A DNA stretch of 63,263 nt, the filler included, from Atractiella rhizophila (taxonomy: Eukaryota), in assembly GCA_021432655.1 (NCBI GenBank). It is 4 parts of 4 records of this genome, joined end to end, with 100 filler letters (N's around TTAATTAATTAA, not from the genome) between each part and the next. Parts side by side here need not be neighbours in the genome. Positions count along the whole stretch, not along the records: positions 20,100 to 40,063 come from MU271843.1; 3 more parts are not named here. One strand, given 5' to 3'. The notes beneath the pieces were generated by a model. It was not told where the DNA came from. It was given only the letters and a program-made list of their open reading frames with translations, and made no database searches. The position numbers and the translations under genes were made by a program. Shown here piece by piece: positions 24,742 to 37,939 of the stretch (position 1 is its first letter; each line of letters begins with the position of its first letter).

Positions 24742-27700
24742 TCAAATTTTCTTCTCCTCTTGAAGCTTTTGAAGCGCCGCATTGGTCCTCAAGACGACCA
24801 TATTCTGTCAAACCATCGTCAGCTGATATATTTCCAACTATGTGAAGGGAAGCGGACCTGCAAGCTGACTTTTCCTTTCTGTTTCCTCTGTCCAATTTCT
24901 GGAATTTTACCCGACATAACTATATCGAACTCGGTTTTTGCTTTTTGATATTCCCCAGTAGTAGCGTAGAGACGACCCAGCTGGTGGTGGGCAAACCAAA
25001 CCAAATGGTGATCTTCCGTAATGTCTTTCCCGTGCTTCAGGATATTGCTGCAGTGCTCATCAGAATACGAAATTTGAGCGGTAATGGTGAGGAGATGCGC
25101 ACGTATACGAAATCTGTGCCTGCTCATCTGCTTCCGCCACTGGAATCTGCGATTCAGGCGGGTCGGGCCGGGTATGACTGTCAGGATGGGCAATAAAGTG
25201 CAAGATGATGCCCCTGAGCAGATGAGCGACACAAAAATCTTCACACAAATCAGAGTCACAATCAACTTAGGTCGGAAGAACGAACCATCCCAATATGTTT
25301 CTCCGTAGCCGTTAGGATCTTTCACCTCATGCAGCTCAGTAATGGCGACCGAGACAGCATCAAGGTGATCCTCAAAGAGTGCTCGACGAGGGGCCATGCC
25401 TAAGCAGTTAAGGACATAAGCCAATTCCACCCCAGGACATATGAGACGGTTTCCATTTTGGAGGTACTTTTTTGAGCGTCGTGCAACAAATTTCTATCCC
25501 GATGTCAGCCGTTTGATAAACCTTCGTAAAATATTCAGCTTACTTCGAGAGGAATGCTCTCTGCAACGGTTTGCCATGAGTGCTTTATTAGAGATGGAAA
25601 CGAAGACACCTACTTCCTGCGATTCTCTGCATCAAATCGGGAACGGTCTTCATTATGGCCGTGGCCTTTTCCTTATCTCCAGTTTCATAGAGCATTACTG
25701 CCTTGGCGTACGCATATATCGCTTTCGACCAATTCGACTCCTTAGCGAGAATGTTGAGTTGATCGTATGCGGACGCGAATTGGTAGTTTGCCATGTTGGT
25801 GAGCGCCATGTCCCAAAGACAGATGTGTTGCAGTTGAATATACTCTAGATTGAAAAATAAGTACCACGATCGTAGGTGTAGGATTACAATAAAGATTGCA
25901 TACCTCTTTGAGCTTTGATGGCCAAATTAAACTGTTTCACAGCTCTCTCACTTTCCGTGCGAGTAGCGTAAAGACGTCCAGAGAAATAAAGGAAGAAGAC
26001 GCCTGCAAAAGGGTACATCAGGTTTGGGAGACCTCTATATGACAGAACGTACCTTGGGGATATCTCGCCAAGTTGTAGTGCAAAATGGCATCGGCAAGTT
26101 CGATATCGACTCCAGTGACGGGAAGATAAGTGGATATGACGAGGAAATAAAAGAGTAGAGCCATATCACAAATCTGTCTCCTAATTCCCTCCTCCTCAGC
26201 CTTCATCGACGGCTCCTTCTTACCATTCATCCAACCTCCAGCTTTCATCAACGTCTTGAGCGCATACTCCCTCTCTCCGGTGAAACCAAAGACCTCCATC
26301 ATCTTCAAAACCTTTCCAGGTAAGAGGGAGAGGATGAGAGAGATCAGGCCATTGCCTAGGAAGACGCCAGAACGGAAGTCCTGGTCGATCGCCTCGTCTT
26401 TACCACCTTTGGCAGCGTTATCAGCCTCATCGACGAATCTGGCGAGTTGTCGATAAATGGCATAAGCGTTTCGCATGTTGAGAGCTTCCTTAAGAAAGGC
26501 GAGAAAGTCACCCGAGTAGATGATGCCGAGGATAGCTTTCAGGAGGACGCATTCGGCGTACACCAGTTCGGCGTGTCGTTGGACGACGGTCATGTTTCGA
26601 ATGGTGTTGACGGAGGAAGTACCTTTGACGAAACGACCGAAAGACTCGATCGTCGAATGGTCACGCTTCCTCAAGAGCTGGGTGATGGTCACTGAATCGC
26701 GACAGGTGTGAATGGCCGCGTCGAGATCTTCCGGTTCGAAGGTCATGAGGGATTTTATGCATTGGATGAGGGAGAATCCGACGCTGAAATACAGCCTGTG
26801 ATCCGCGGCGGACAAGCAGATGTCTTCCGCTTCGATCATGCGAGAGTTGAGGAAGAGGTGGAGTGCTACGCGAACGTCGGAGATGTCGCGTACGATGTCT
26901 TCTTGGGATAGAGCGACGTCTTCGAATGTGAGTTTGTCCAATGGTTTCCCCTTCTTTTTCCTCAAATTCGTAATGTTCCCACCACCAAGCTGTGTGCCGA
27001 CCCTCTTCTCTTCGTCTTCCGCTGCCCCAGTCTTCGTGACAGAAGGTGTCGAAGGTTCAGTATCGCTATCGAAATCCTCCGCATCCTCGAACTCTTGCTC
27101 AGGTCCACTGTCCTCCTCAGAGACGGAAGAATCGGAAGAAGAGCTCTCCAATTCATCTGGAGAATCATTGACGACGTCGACCCTCTTGCCAACGCTTCCA
27201 CTTGCACTTCCATTCGCACCGGCGTCCCTCTTCGCAGAGATTGAAGTCGCCATCCTCTCCAACTGAGTCTTACCAGCAGGAGCAGGCGTGCTACCTCCTC
27301 TCGCCTTCTGATCTCTAAAGCTGTCCGGAACAGCAGGTCGTCCACCTTCCGTCAACCTTCCAAACATCTTGGCGGCGGTATCCTTCTCCTCCTTGATAGC
27401 AGACGCAGCCACGCCAGGCGCCCAACTCTCCGCTCTCGTCCGCACATGCTCTGGTGTAAGGTGTTTGCTCGTCGCCCGTCCCAACACGTTCGGCCGGATC
27501 TGCGCTGGGGTGAGAGACTTGCGATTGGTCTCGAGAGCACCTGTGGACTCGGTGGATATGATAGAGCTCGGTCGTCGGGAGGTAAAGCTGGTGCCAGAGG
27601 AGGCGGCGAGGGTACGCGATGCGGCGCGAGCTGGAGAGAGGTTGGAGCCGGAGCGATCGCGTTGTAAGAAGGGAAGGTCTGAGGGCTTCACTTTCGTCGA

Positions 27701-27873
27701 TCCCATCCTTTAATGGTATCTTTCACTCAATCCTTGCATATTCCTTCGATAAGAGATGAGAGGACGGACCTGGAAAGAATGCTTCCGGTCTCAACACTAT
27801 CTTTCTTCCCTAACGAACTCCCTCCCGATGCTGAGACAGAGCTCTTCCGCGAGTCTCGCTTGAAAAGAGGCAT
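24742..27873 (-). CDS. IML2: Iml2/TTC39 (DUF3808) TPR-like protein with long disordered N-terminus
   Basis: HAELVYAECVLLKAILGI, FLKEALNMRNAY, IDQDFRSGVFLGNGLISLILSLLPGKVLKMMEVFGFTGER, ESNWSKAIYAY, PGVELAYVLN, HHLVWFAHHQLGRLY; last exon NMVVLRTNAALQKL...*. Confidence 0.88.
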
Positions 27874-29113
27874 TTTGATAAGGGTCGAGATTACGAAATG
27901 GGATTGTTCAGGCCTAATAACTCGTCCACCAAATGTGTATTTGATGTGTCTGAAATGTCTGAAATGCCGTATTGCCAAGTCTAAGCTTATGCAAGGGGAC
28001 AGCGCAGGAAGTTATAGAGCAAGTGGCAGACGCTGAAGAGTCCCCGGATAGTGGCGAGTGAGTGAAATGAGGGGTAAAGCTGGGGTAAAATCACGAATCC
28101 AGAGTCAAGACAAGAAAAAGAGCGGAAGCGGGCGGGTATGTCGGCGACGGCTTTCGTCCGCATTGCCGTTTCCTGTGGACCCGTTTGCTGAGTTCGGATA
28201 TTTTCAGTCACTTTCGACCCGAAGTTCACTGTAAGGATGATTGAGGTCTGGTAAAGAGGCTAGGAAGGGCTGTAAGGGTGGTTTGAAGCAATGGGTATGA
28301 GGTGTGCATCTTTGTTGCCTGATACATGGGTGGTTGTCGTTTCACGAGCTGGGATCGGAGTAAATTGATAGCTCTGAGTAGCATAATATGAAATCTAACG
28401 CTCTTAGCGTCGCTCTGTCACTCATTCTGTGTACATTGAAGGACACACGCTGTATTTCGTGCTGCATACGCTGTCGAATGCTTTGTACCATGCCTCAGCT
28501 TCATTGTCCTGCTCTCTGGAGTTCCACCATAAGTCGATCACTTGCATTCCCCCCTCAGATGAAATTCCATTAAGGAACATGAACGAGGAGCAAACCCGTG
28601 ATGCCAGCAAATATCAACAGCTCTGGAGAAAATGAACGCTACCCAGCATTGCTCGTCACATCTGCGTATGGTTTCCTTCCAAAATGTAATCCCATGACTA
28701 TGTATTCGGGATAGGGATAAAATTTTCCAACTTGATTACGACGGACTTCACTCTTCCTTCCCCTTGCAAGCATTGGGAGATCTATCTATAAACGTATTCA
28801 ATTGAGATTATCATTCTCCTTGCAACCAATTTCATCCATATCCAAACTAATCTAGTCCTCCAGGAGGATCATGCAAAGACATCTGGACTGGACATCAACG
28901 TCAGGAAGGTAGCCCAGCATGAATTCTTGGGAAGATTGCTCAAATGAGGTCTGTTCGGGACTTGAGCATCTGATTTCTTGAATTTTCTGCCTTTTCAGAA
29001 ATACGTCTGACCTGATCTTATTGCACGTAACTGAACACTTTCCGGGCTGTGCTGGTTCTTTTGGAGTCTCATCCTTCAAGAAAGCGTAGTGAGAATTTGG
29101 CTAATCGAGGGAG

Positions 29114-29381
29114 CTAAATTCCCCAGCCACGTACAAAACGATACGAGTAAGATAAACGGAAAGTGGTTGTTCATTACAATAGATATACGTACCTAAATTC
29201 CCCAGCCACGTACAAAACGATACGAGTAAGATAAACGGAAAGTGGTTGGGGAAAAGGAAACTGTTAGGGCTGACACTATGTGCGGTCGCCGATAGGCGAT
29301 GCATCTGTAGTGGAGGTAAACCTAAGAGAATAGTATGGCATGAGGAGACTAACCTGTAGTGGAGGTAAACCTAAGAGAATA
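29114..29381. repeat. Two pairs of exact direct repeats (56 bp at 29114/29193; 28 bp at 29305/29354)
   Basis: ctaaattccccagccacg...aagtggttg occurs twice and ctgtagtggaggtaaacctaagagaata occurs twice, in non-coding DNA. Confidence 0.85.
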
Positions 29382-30359
29382 CTCTGAGGTCACCACCACT
29401 ACATCTCGATGTATATATACATATGTAAAAGCACTGCCATAAACTGTATCATAAGTTTCTTGAAACATGTAAGATAGCTAGATCAGGAAAGCAATAAAAG
29501 GAAAACTCGGAAATAAGACATACTGAGCAGTACAAGTGAGAAAGGACAATAAAGCAATAATGGAGACGGTGCAGACCGGTGAAATGGTTATGGTTTGCTG
29601 AGCGGCGATTAGTGTGAGACAGGGGAAGGCGGCGATCAGCGAAAACGTGAGCAAAGCGGCGATGGGCAGGCGCGTGGTCCTATGGCATGGTAAAGTAGGT
29701 CACGTGACTTCAGATGGTGCATTTCGGTAATGCGTAGGGGCAAGCCTGACAGAAACGAATTAGAAACGAAGAAAAGCTTTAATAGTGCTGCAGAGCGGAG
29801 GAGTGAAATGCAAAGATAAATCCGCAATAAACAAAACATGCATAAGTTAGTGTGGTGTGTTCCAGTCTGTCATGTCTGCTTCCCGATTCACATTTCCATC
29901 TCCAACAAGCGTGATGGATGCAGTTTCAATATTTTGATGGTCCAGGCAAGCATCCGTTGCAATTATTTCTTTTTATCGCAAACTTTTGTGAGCGCGCACA
30001 CACTACCATGAATTTGTAAAAATGTGTCGATATGGTCGTCATATTCTTCTGGCATTTCATTCATCAACCCTGTTATCGCGCTCCCAGCCCACCATGGGGT
30101 ACCTGGTGCCGCGTTGAAGCGAGATGCTATCAACGTACAGCTTCGTAGTTGCTGTCCTACGTGTAACCTCCAACGGATTCAGTTCCTCCAGTCGCTAGCG
30201 TTTGTCGCCTAGAGCAGTCAACCAAACGCTCTCCCAAGCTTTCTCAGTGGAATGTTTTCTAGGCCCTTTGACTTGGACGCTTTCCTTGTAACCTTGTTAA
30301 CAGTTGGTTAGAGTTCGAAGCTGTTCCTACCTCAAATATCGTGACGTAGGTCAGGCTTT

Positions 30360-31177
30360 CGTCTCGCTACCATCATATTTCGTCAGTACTTGCAAGTCTG
30401 AAATGCTGTTTGTTAAGGTCATGCTATGAACCATTGGAGCGTTCCTTGCATGATTTGCGTCCAAATGTTGCATGACGAAGCTTGAGCTCCTGAAGTGAAT
30501 TAAATGTTCGCAAGATAGCGTAGTGTGATGGAATGTCATATAGACCGATCAGTCCTTTGGCGCACCGTGAAGCCTCAGAGCTTAACACACGACTACATCA
30601 ACTGCATGGGAAGAGTAATCATGATATACGAGAGGGTTCTGGTCACGTCCAAACCTGGGAGAATATTGTAGATATTAGCCTGCTCAGCGCAGAAGTGAAA
30701 AGACACACCCTGCAGATAAATCGACTCGATGCTCTCACTTTCGCGCAATATCCCGCACAAGCTTTCTAGTCCGCCGTGGAGTCCGCTCTCCAAATCATAT
30801 GTAATATTTCTCACCAAACCTCGAAGATGACGGTTTTGCTTGATGGTTCGCAGAAATAAGATTTCGTCAGTCTGGTCTTCCCACTGATACCAACCTTTAA
30901 GCCAAGGAGATTGATAGAGATGCCGTCTCCCAATGTCGACGAATCTTTTAGCGGATCGAAGGAAGGAAGCGAGCCCGTGTCGTCTGCCCAAATTATCGGC
31001 GGCTTTTGCATCGAAATCGGCGTCGAAGGGAAAAGGCAATGGCTTGAGGAAGAATAAAATCTCGTCCACTAGCTCGAGAGGGCAGTCGACCAAACGCTGG
31101 CATCTCCTCAAAAACCACCGTTTTGACCTATGGCTTTTGAACCTTCAATCAAACGAATATAGGAAATTGTGTACCAT
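30360..31177 (-). pseudogene. F-box gene, cassette copy A (1-nt frameshift near 31081; 3' end approximate)
   Basis: ATG-only first exon (ATG|GTACAC), then VKTVVFEEMPAFGR-shift-PLELVDEILFFLK...LASFLRSAKRFVDIGRRHLYQS. Near-identical to copy B. Confidence 0.65.
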
Positions 31178-31199
31178 GACTACGGGAACACGGAGGTTC

Positions 31200-31965
31200 T
31201 GTCCCCTGAGAACCGTCCAGTTCAATTATCCCTTTCGGCAGCCTTAATGAATCTACAGACCTTTTCTTCCTCCTTTTGGCCAGTCTTTTTCTTTCCTTGG
31301 CATCCAAGGTCTCGTCAAGCTCAGGTGGTAGGGAAAAAGTCCGAATAAAATCTTGTTCGACTTGGAGGTCCTAGTTTGATGATCTCGTTCAATTTTGGGT
31401 CCCATTCGTAGAAATTTCCATCATACAGAAAGGAAACAATACCATACTCTGCATACCCGTGAGCTATAGCCCTGTCATCGTACCATGCATACGGAATCGT
31501 GCGCGGTACTGTGTCAGGTAGGGGGAGATTGAAGGTCTGACGGAGGCGAGAAAAAATCGAATATCTTCCCCAAGGATGCCAAATAGCTGGGCCGGCTTGG
31601 TGTTGGATTCGTTTTGCCAATTGAGCCCAGCGAGCAGAAGATCTCATTCTCCTGCACGATGGGATATGATTTAGATCGTAAAATCCTTGAGTTCGGCATC
31701 CGTTTCAGGGATTACTTCCTGCGAGCTCTTGAGGGACGAATCGGTTGCTGTTGATGCGCGAAGCGTAGGAGCAGCTTTCGCCCTGCGAGTTCCTGGTTTC
31801 TGCTCCACACGGTGCTCTGGACGATACTCGATAGGGTCATAGATTCCCTTCATTTTCTTGGTCCATAGGGAATTCGTTTTCTTCATCCGTCAGAGGTGTT
31901 CGTAAGCGGTTCTCTCGATTTAGCATCCATTCAGCATGGAGGTCGTTTCGTGCACGTTGTTCCAT
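31200..31965 (-). pseudogene. Unknown protein X, cassette copy A (frameshifted)
   Basis: ORF pieces 31671-31886 and 31321-31647 align with the copy B ORF 32905-33627 (PWGRYSIFSRL...YGIVSFLYDGNFYEWDP). Confidence 0.55.
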
Positions 31966-32059
31966 TTTCTCCGAAAAACGCTTTTCCAGATGACAGTTCG
32001 TATGGTAGGCGGTGATACCTGAAATATCGGGACAAAGTCAGGTGCTTACTCCGGAATCA

Positions 32060-32876
32060 TATATCGTCAGTACTTGAAGTCTGAACTGGGAGTTTGTTAC
32101 ATTTCAAATGATCATGCACTGATTGCGTCGAGAGTTCCTTGCTTTACTTTGCGTCCAAATGTCTTCGTGCCTCTTCTGGCGGTCCTGCCGCTACTTAACT
32201 TCCGCAGGATAACGTAGTGTGATGAGAAGGTATGAGCCGATCAGCGTTTGGCGCACTCGTGTAGCCTTATGCTTAACCGACGACTGCAGAATTCTGAAGG
32301 TGTTCATGTCATCCTTTAGCGATCGAGGGGTTGGCTAGGATCTTTATGAAACGGTGTAGTGTTGGTTGTAGATATTAGCCTGCTCAGCGCAGAAGTGAAA
32401 AGACACACCCTGCAGATAAATCGACTCGATGCTCTCACTTTCGCGCAATATCCCGCACAAGCTTTCTAGTCCGCCATGGAGTCCGCTCTCCAAATCATAT
32501 GTAATATTTCTCACCAAACCTCGAAGATGACGGTTTTGCTTGATGGTTCGCAAAAATAAGATTTCATCAGTCTGGTCTTCCCACTGATACCAACCTTTAA
32601 GCCAAGGAGATTGATAGAGATGCCGTCTCCCAATGTCGACGAATCTTTTAGCGGATCGAAGGAAGGAAGCGAGCCCGTGTCGTCTGCCCAAATTATCGGC
32701 GGCTTTTGCATCGAAATCGGCGTCGAAGGGAAAAGGCAATGGCTTGAGGAAGAATAAAATCTCGTCCACTAGCTCGAGAGGCAGTCGACCAAACGCTGGC
32801 ATCTCCTCAAAAACCACAGTTTTGACCTATGGACTTTGAACCTACAATCAAACGAATATAGGAAATTGTGTACCAT
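32060..32876 (-). CDS. F-box gene, cassette copy B (3' part degenerate, end approximate)
   Basis: M|VKTVVFEEMPAFGRLPLELVDEILFFLKPLP...LRSAKRFVDIGRRHLYQSP is an F-box LPxElvxxI motif plus the typical downstream helix. Confidence 0.7.
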
Positions 32877-32904
32877 GACTACGGGAACACGGAGGTTCTG
32901 TCCC

Positions 32905-33627
32905 CTAAGAACCGTCCAGTTCAATTATCCCTTTCGGCAGCCTTAATGAATCTACAGACCTTTTCTTCCTCCTTTTGGCCAGTCTTTTTCTTTCCTTGGC
33001 ATCCAAGGTGTCGTCAAGCTCAGGTGGTAGGGAAAAAGCCGAATAAAATCTTGTTCGACTTGGAGGTCCTAGTTTGATGATCTCGTTCAATTTTGGGTCC
33101 CATTCGTAGAAATTTCCATCATACAGAAAGGAAACAATACCATACTCTGCATACCCCCCCACATAGGGAGCTATAGCCCTGTCATCGTACCATGCATACG
33201 GAATCGTGCGCGGTACTGTGTCAGGTAGGGGGAGATTGAAGGTCTGACGGAGACGAGAAAAAATCGAATATCTTCCCCAAGGATGCCAAATAGCTGGACC
33301 GCTTGGTGTTGGAGATTCGTTACAATTGAGAGGCAGAAGTCTCCTCTGAAAGATGGGATATGATCCAGATCGTAAAATCCTTGAGATCCATCCTATCCAA
33401 GGAATACTTCCTGCCTCAGGGAAGGATGGTTCAGCGCGAAGCGCAGGGCAGAGATCGCCCGGTGTTCCTGGTTTTGCTCCACAGTTTGGACAATACTCGA
33501 AAGGGTCTAGATTCCCTTCATTTTCTTCCTCCATAGGTTCGTTTTCTTCATCCGTCAGAGGTTTAGTAAGACACTCTCTCCATTTCATCCATTCGGCATC
33601 GAGGTCGATTCGTGAAAGTTGTTCCAT
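32905..33627 (-). CDS. Unknown protein X, cassette copy B (240 aa)
   Basis: Uninterrupted ORF whose core is conserved in copies A and C. Confidence 0.6.
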   Translation of the reverse strand: MEQLSRIDLDAEWMKWRECLTKPLTDEENEPMEEENEGNLDPFEYCPNCGAKPGTPGDLCPALRAEPSFPEAGSIPWIGWISRILRSGSYPIFQRRLLPLNCNESPTPSGPAIWHPWGRYSIFSRLRQTFNLPLPDTVPRTIPYAWYDDRAIAPYVGGYAEYGIVSFLYDGNFYEWDPKLNEIIKLGPPSRTRFYSAFSLPPELDDTLDAKERKRLAKRRKKRSVDSLRLPKGIIELDGS

Positions 33628-34808
33628 TTTCTCCGAAAAACGAGTCTCAAGATACAGTAAGATGGAACCTGGATGGAAGTTGTGTGAAGACGTTGAAAGT
33701 CTGAACTGAGCCTAAAATGCCGAAGCCAGAACCCGCATTTCAAATGAACACTCAACAGAGCGAGAGCGAAGGATGTCCGACTCGCAAGCATGCTGCTCTT
33801 TGCTCTCCCTCCTTGCTCCCTCTTCAGATCGTTCTCAGCTACCACTCGCAGGACAGCGTCGCAACCGGTCGAAGAGAACGCAGGAGACATACAATCCACT
33901 CCTGCCCATGTACCAAAGCTGCAATCTTGTTGATGTTAAAGGTTAGCAATAGAGGCTGCACATAGGATCTGTGCGAGCTATAAAAGCGATATACACTGTG
34001 CGACGGTGCGTACCTTGACTGCTTGGTGATAAAGGAGCAGTGCTGCTGTGTAGTATGGCTCTGTTTCAAACTACCCATTAAGAAGCCGGAAGAGCTGCAC
34101 TCCCGTCTTGCTGTCCGCACTTTTAGCAGCATGACATTGCGAAGGAACATTTGCGTTGTACCTGCATTAGCCTTGATGTAGGCACTTTTCGCTGACCTGC
34201 CCAAGTTGACCAATGGCGTTCGGTGAGTGGACTAATGAGCTAGTAATGGTATTCCTCATTTGAGCTCTGACCCATATCATCCTCGAATCGTTTAAAACAA
34301 TGTTGTCCTCATTTGCGGTGTCAGTTTATTTAATATTATTGAATATGACCTTTATTTCTGTCTAGATGTTGGTTGCAAATGTTGTCTCATTGTTTAGCTT
34401 AGTTGTCCCAATTTTTGATGAGAATGGGTGGCGATCGGGAAAAATTTTGGTGCTTTCTCTTTCGTGACTGCTGTCGAGTCGTCTTTCTTTCGAAAATTTA
34501 GTATTTTATGCGATGCGGAATCGACGCTCACTTTCAACGTTACTAGATGGAAAATTAGATATCTGCTTCTGCTTCAACCTATCCATTTCTTCTAGCTAAT
34601 TGATGATTAGCTATCATCCGCTGGGAGCCAGAAAGCCGCGTGGTTGACTAACTCACTTTCTTACGAGTGCATTGGCTCCCACATTCTGACATGGTCCGGT
34701 CTAAACCTGATCGTTTTCGAATAATTGTACAAAAATGGAAGGAAGGTGATCTGACGGGCATGAAGTGGTGAGATGCTAATTGTGATTAAACTTCAATTTC
34801 AGTTTCGA

Positions 34809-35213
34809 TTATAAAGCCGCTTTAGCATAGACTCCCGTAGAGACATTTATAGCAAGATGTATTTCAGAACACACTGCCGAATGCGGTCCATATTTCTCCG
34901 GCATTTCGTTTAGAATGGAATTGATGACTCCTCCTGCCCACCAAGGCGAAACTTGCAATAGGTCTTTCGGACGTGACCCGATCCAGCGAATGGCTTCATG
35001 GTGGCCTGCCCTTAGCTTCCAGACGATGCGGTGTAGGTGAGGATGATTTGGCAAGACCATGTTTCCTAGGAGACGGCATCGCGCTTTCACGTCTTCGTCA
35101 AGTTGATCACTTAAAAAGTCTAGTTCTTCTGCAGCGTAGAAACTAGGAAATACCGCCGCGAGAAGGATTTCTCGCACAAGTTTGGATCCAAGAGCTTGAG
35201 GACCTTGGACCAC
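34809..35213 (-). other. Isolated ORF fragment, possibly a decayed transposase-like or hypothetical gene
   Basis: 134-aa open frame with protein-like composition in a gene-poor region; no motif I can assign firmly. Confidence 0.2.
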
Positions 35214-35860
35214 AATGTTATGCTAATCTGGAGGAGGAAAAAAAAGATAGCAGCATACGTGACCTGATCACCTGTTCAGAATCTCCATATTCGTCCAGTA
35301 CATTATTGGCCAATGCCTATCAATTTTCAATAAATGCAATGATGTGTATGTATGTTACCTTTTTGTTAACCTTTGTTTCATGAGACATCGTTGTAGATCC
35401 GTAGAAAGCTTTCCGATCACCCTCCCCTTTTCGCGCTTTAATACACCGAATCCGTTATGGACAGCTACTCCATCCCATCTTGTAGGATGCACATTCATCA
35501 CGTGGTCTGCTGTTCTTCACATTCACAAAATGCAAGCGTGACTCACGTTAGATCCTCGATATTGTGAACTTTGTTATAAGAAGCCAGGAAGCAACTTGAA
35601 CGAGTCCCGTCTAGCAACAACATCGCATGTGCTAGACAATAACTTACGATTTCTGAGTTCCAACGCACGCACCCTGTTGTGTCTTTTTGTGTCAATAAGT
35701 AATTTTACTTTTCAAGGAATTGAGCTCAATTTGAACAAGATGTTTACATTATTCGGAAAGTATAAAAGAAGAGTGGCAATGCGACGAAGTTCAACCCCAA
35801 CGTCCTAACTTAGGGAATGCTCGAATATTGTTTTGAACGATGGTTCGTCCTGTCTTCTAA

Positions 35861-36157
35861 TCAGATATTGCAGCCCACGGTTGAGAAATGCCTACTGTGT
35901 AAGTCGCTTCGAGGTTGTTCGGGGCCATAGACAGGTTCAGTGCCTTCCCTGAAGCCATATTTGTTCCCTCCCGATGGCTGTCGTACATGTTGATATTCAT
36001 GTTTTTCCTGCGCCATCCCCCTTAGTTGTTCATCAAAAGCACTATTGGCTGGTCGTGGAAACGTTGAGGCTGTCCAAGGATACAATCGCGCGTCGCTTGG
36101 TTCGTAATGAGGGTGCTGATTGGGATCGTGTGCAGTGCCATCAGGCATTATTACCAC
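35861..36157 (-). CDS. Hypothetical small hydrophilic protein (probable last exon)
   Basis: 98-aa ORF with natural-looking composition; upstream exons not resolved. Confidence 0.3.
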   Translation of the reverse strand: MVIMPDGTAHDPNQHPHYEPSDARLYPWTASTFPRPANSAFDEQLRGMAQEKHEYQHVRQPSGGNKYGFREGTEPVYGPEQPRSDLHSRHFSTVGCNI

Positions 36158-37199
36158 TCGTTTACGAGCGACCCTGGGAGGAGCATCAATTCATTTCCCA
36201 TAATATTGCTAACTACCGACCAGCGCTTAGATTTGGTGATTTTATTCGCATATAGCGGATGTAAATCAATCCACGGCATGTTTATTTGAATGTTCAGTGG
36301 CAGACTGAAGAGGAAATGAAGTCGTTCAAGGATGCTGACTGTTGTTCTTTTGCTAAAACTGGCTTTGACGAAGCCATGTACTGCTTTTATGCCAGTTATT
36401 GCAAATGTCAACCTTTGTCTCCTAGAGCAGTACTAACAAACCCACTCAAGCATTTCGGCTCTGAGGCGATTCGTATGAATGGAGACCCAGATCCCTTTGT
36501 CTCAAACGCCTTGTTATTCTGTTGAACTCCCAGATAGAGTTCTTCGAAGCTCTCTTGTCTCCAACTGCTTTATAGCGTTGTTGCACACCCGCACATTGTT
36601 TCAGTCCCATTCCGGTTGTCGAGTCAATTTCATTTGCAATGGGACGTGCGTGGAAGACAGTTGGCTGAAGCAATGGAGAACCCCAGCTGTAAAGTAGTAC
36701 ACGGGTGAGAAAATAATTCTTACAACCCCTGTATATTCTTCCTTTCACCCATGGACTATAGCGAGCAGAAGATCTGGTCTTCCTTTATGTCTCCAGATTT
36801 GGAGCATCCCCACTTGGCACGTTTGGCCCTCGCGAGGTAGTTTCTCCGAGGAAAGGAATCATTGCACCTTAAGGCGAGAGTAGCAAGTTCGCGTTGTGCG
36901 ACTACATGGTTAACGTCCAACCATGGTCTCGATGCAGTGATAATGAATACTATCTATTGAAGTCAAGATTGTGAAAAGGCTTTCTCATAACAAGTGTTCC
37001 CACGGGGATTCTTGAGTCAACGTCCTCTCCTCAGAATCGAGGCAGTTTCACCATATTTACACATAACATCATTCCAGATAAGGGTTTGTAATGTAGGGAG
37101 TGATACCGTGACGAAGTCCTGGCCAACTTTGGAGTCATGTATCGCTTGTCCGGAATCCGGTTTGTGAAACCAATTAATCTAACGTGCTGGACACTCCCA

Positions 37200-37901
37200 C
37201 AAGGAATGTGGATTCAAATTCGGCCCGACGAAGCCCCAGCTCGCGAAGGGAATTGAACTGGGCAAGATAGCGAAGGATGAAGAACCGACCAGCCTTGGGA
37301 GCACCGTGAAGCTTCAAACAAGAGATACGTGGGTAAATCGTCATGAAATCCATAATAAAAGCAGGCGTTCGAATTTAGACCTGAATATTTGAAAAATCAG
37401 ATTGCTCAGACCAGACATGAATACAGGGGCTTTAACTTGCAGGAAAAGCGACTCAATATTCTCACTTTCGTCCATTATCTTGGACAAGCTTTCTAGGCCG
37501 CCTCCCAGTCCGATTTCCAAAGCATATGTAAACTTCTTCACCAAATCTCGCAGATGATGGTTCTGCTCGATAGTTCATAGAAATAAGATTTGTCAGTCTA
37601 ATATTCCCATTTGATACCATTTTCTCAAACAAGGGGACTGATACAGGTGTCGTCTCTCGATATCGGCGAACTTCTTGGTGGATCGTAAAAGGAAGCGAGC
37701 CATGTCGTCTGGCCAAACTATGGGCAGCTTTCGCATTGAAGTCGGAGTCGAAAGGAAATGGTAATGGTTTGAGGAAGACAAATGTCATGGACAAGTTCCA
37801 AGGGCAGTGGGGAAAAAGCTTGGATCTCGTCCGGAACCATCGCCTTGACCTATCCCATAACGATGAGTTCTCATTTCAAGTGAAATAGATTGGCGTACCA
37901 T
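37200..37901 (-). pseudogene. F-box gene, cassette copy C (diverged, several frameshifts; 3' end approximate)
   Basis: ATG|GTACGC intron, then VKAMVPDEIQAFSPLPLELVHDI..FLKPLPFPFDSDF..LRSTKKFADIERRHLYQSP spread across frames. Confidence 0.65.
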
Positions 37902-37939
37902 CACCATCGGGGCACGAAGACTGGGATGCGTAAAAGTTT

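Noticed and set aside
29114..29381. Repeat-spacer-repeat pattern resembling a CRISPR array
   Set aside because: Only two copies of each of two unrelated repeats, in a eukaryotic context with no cas genes.
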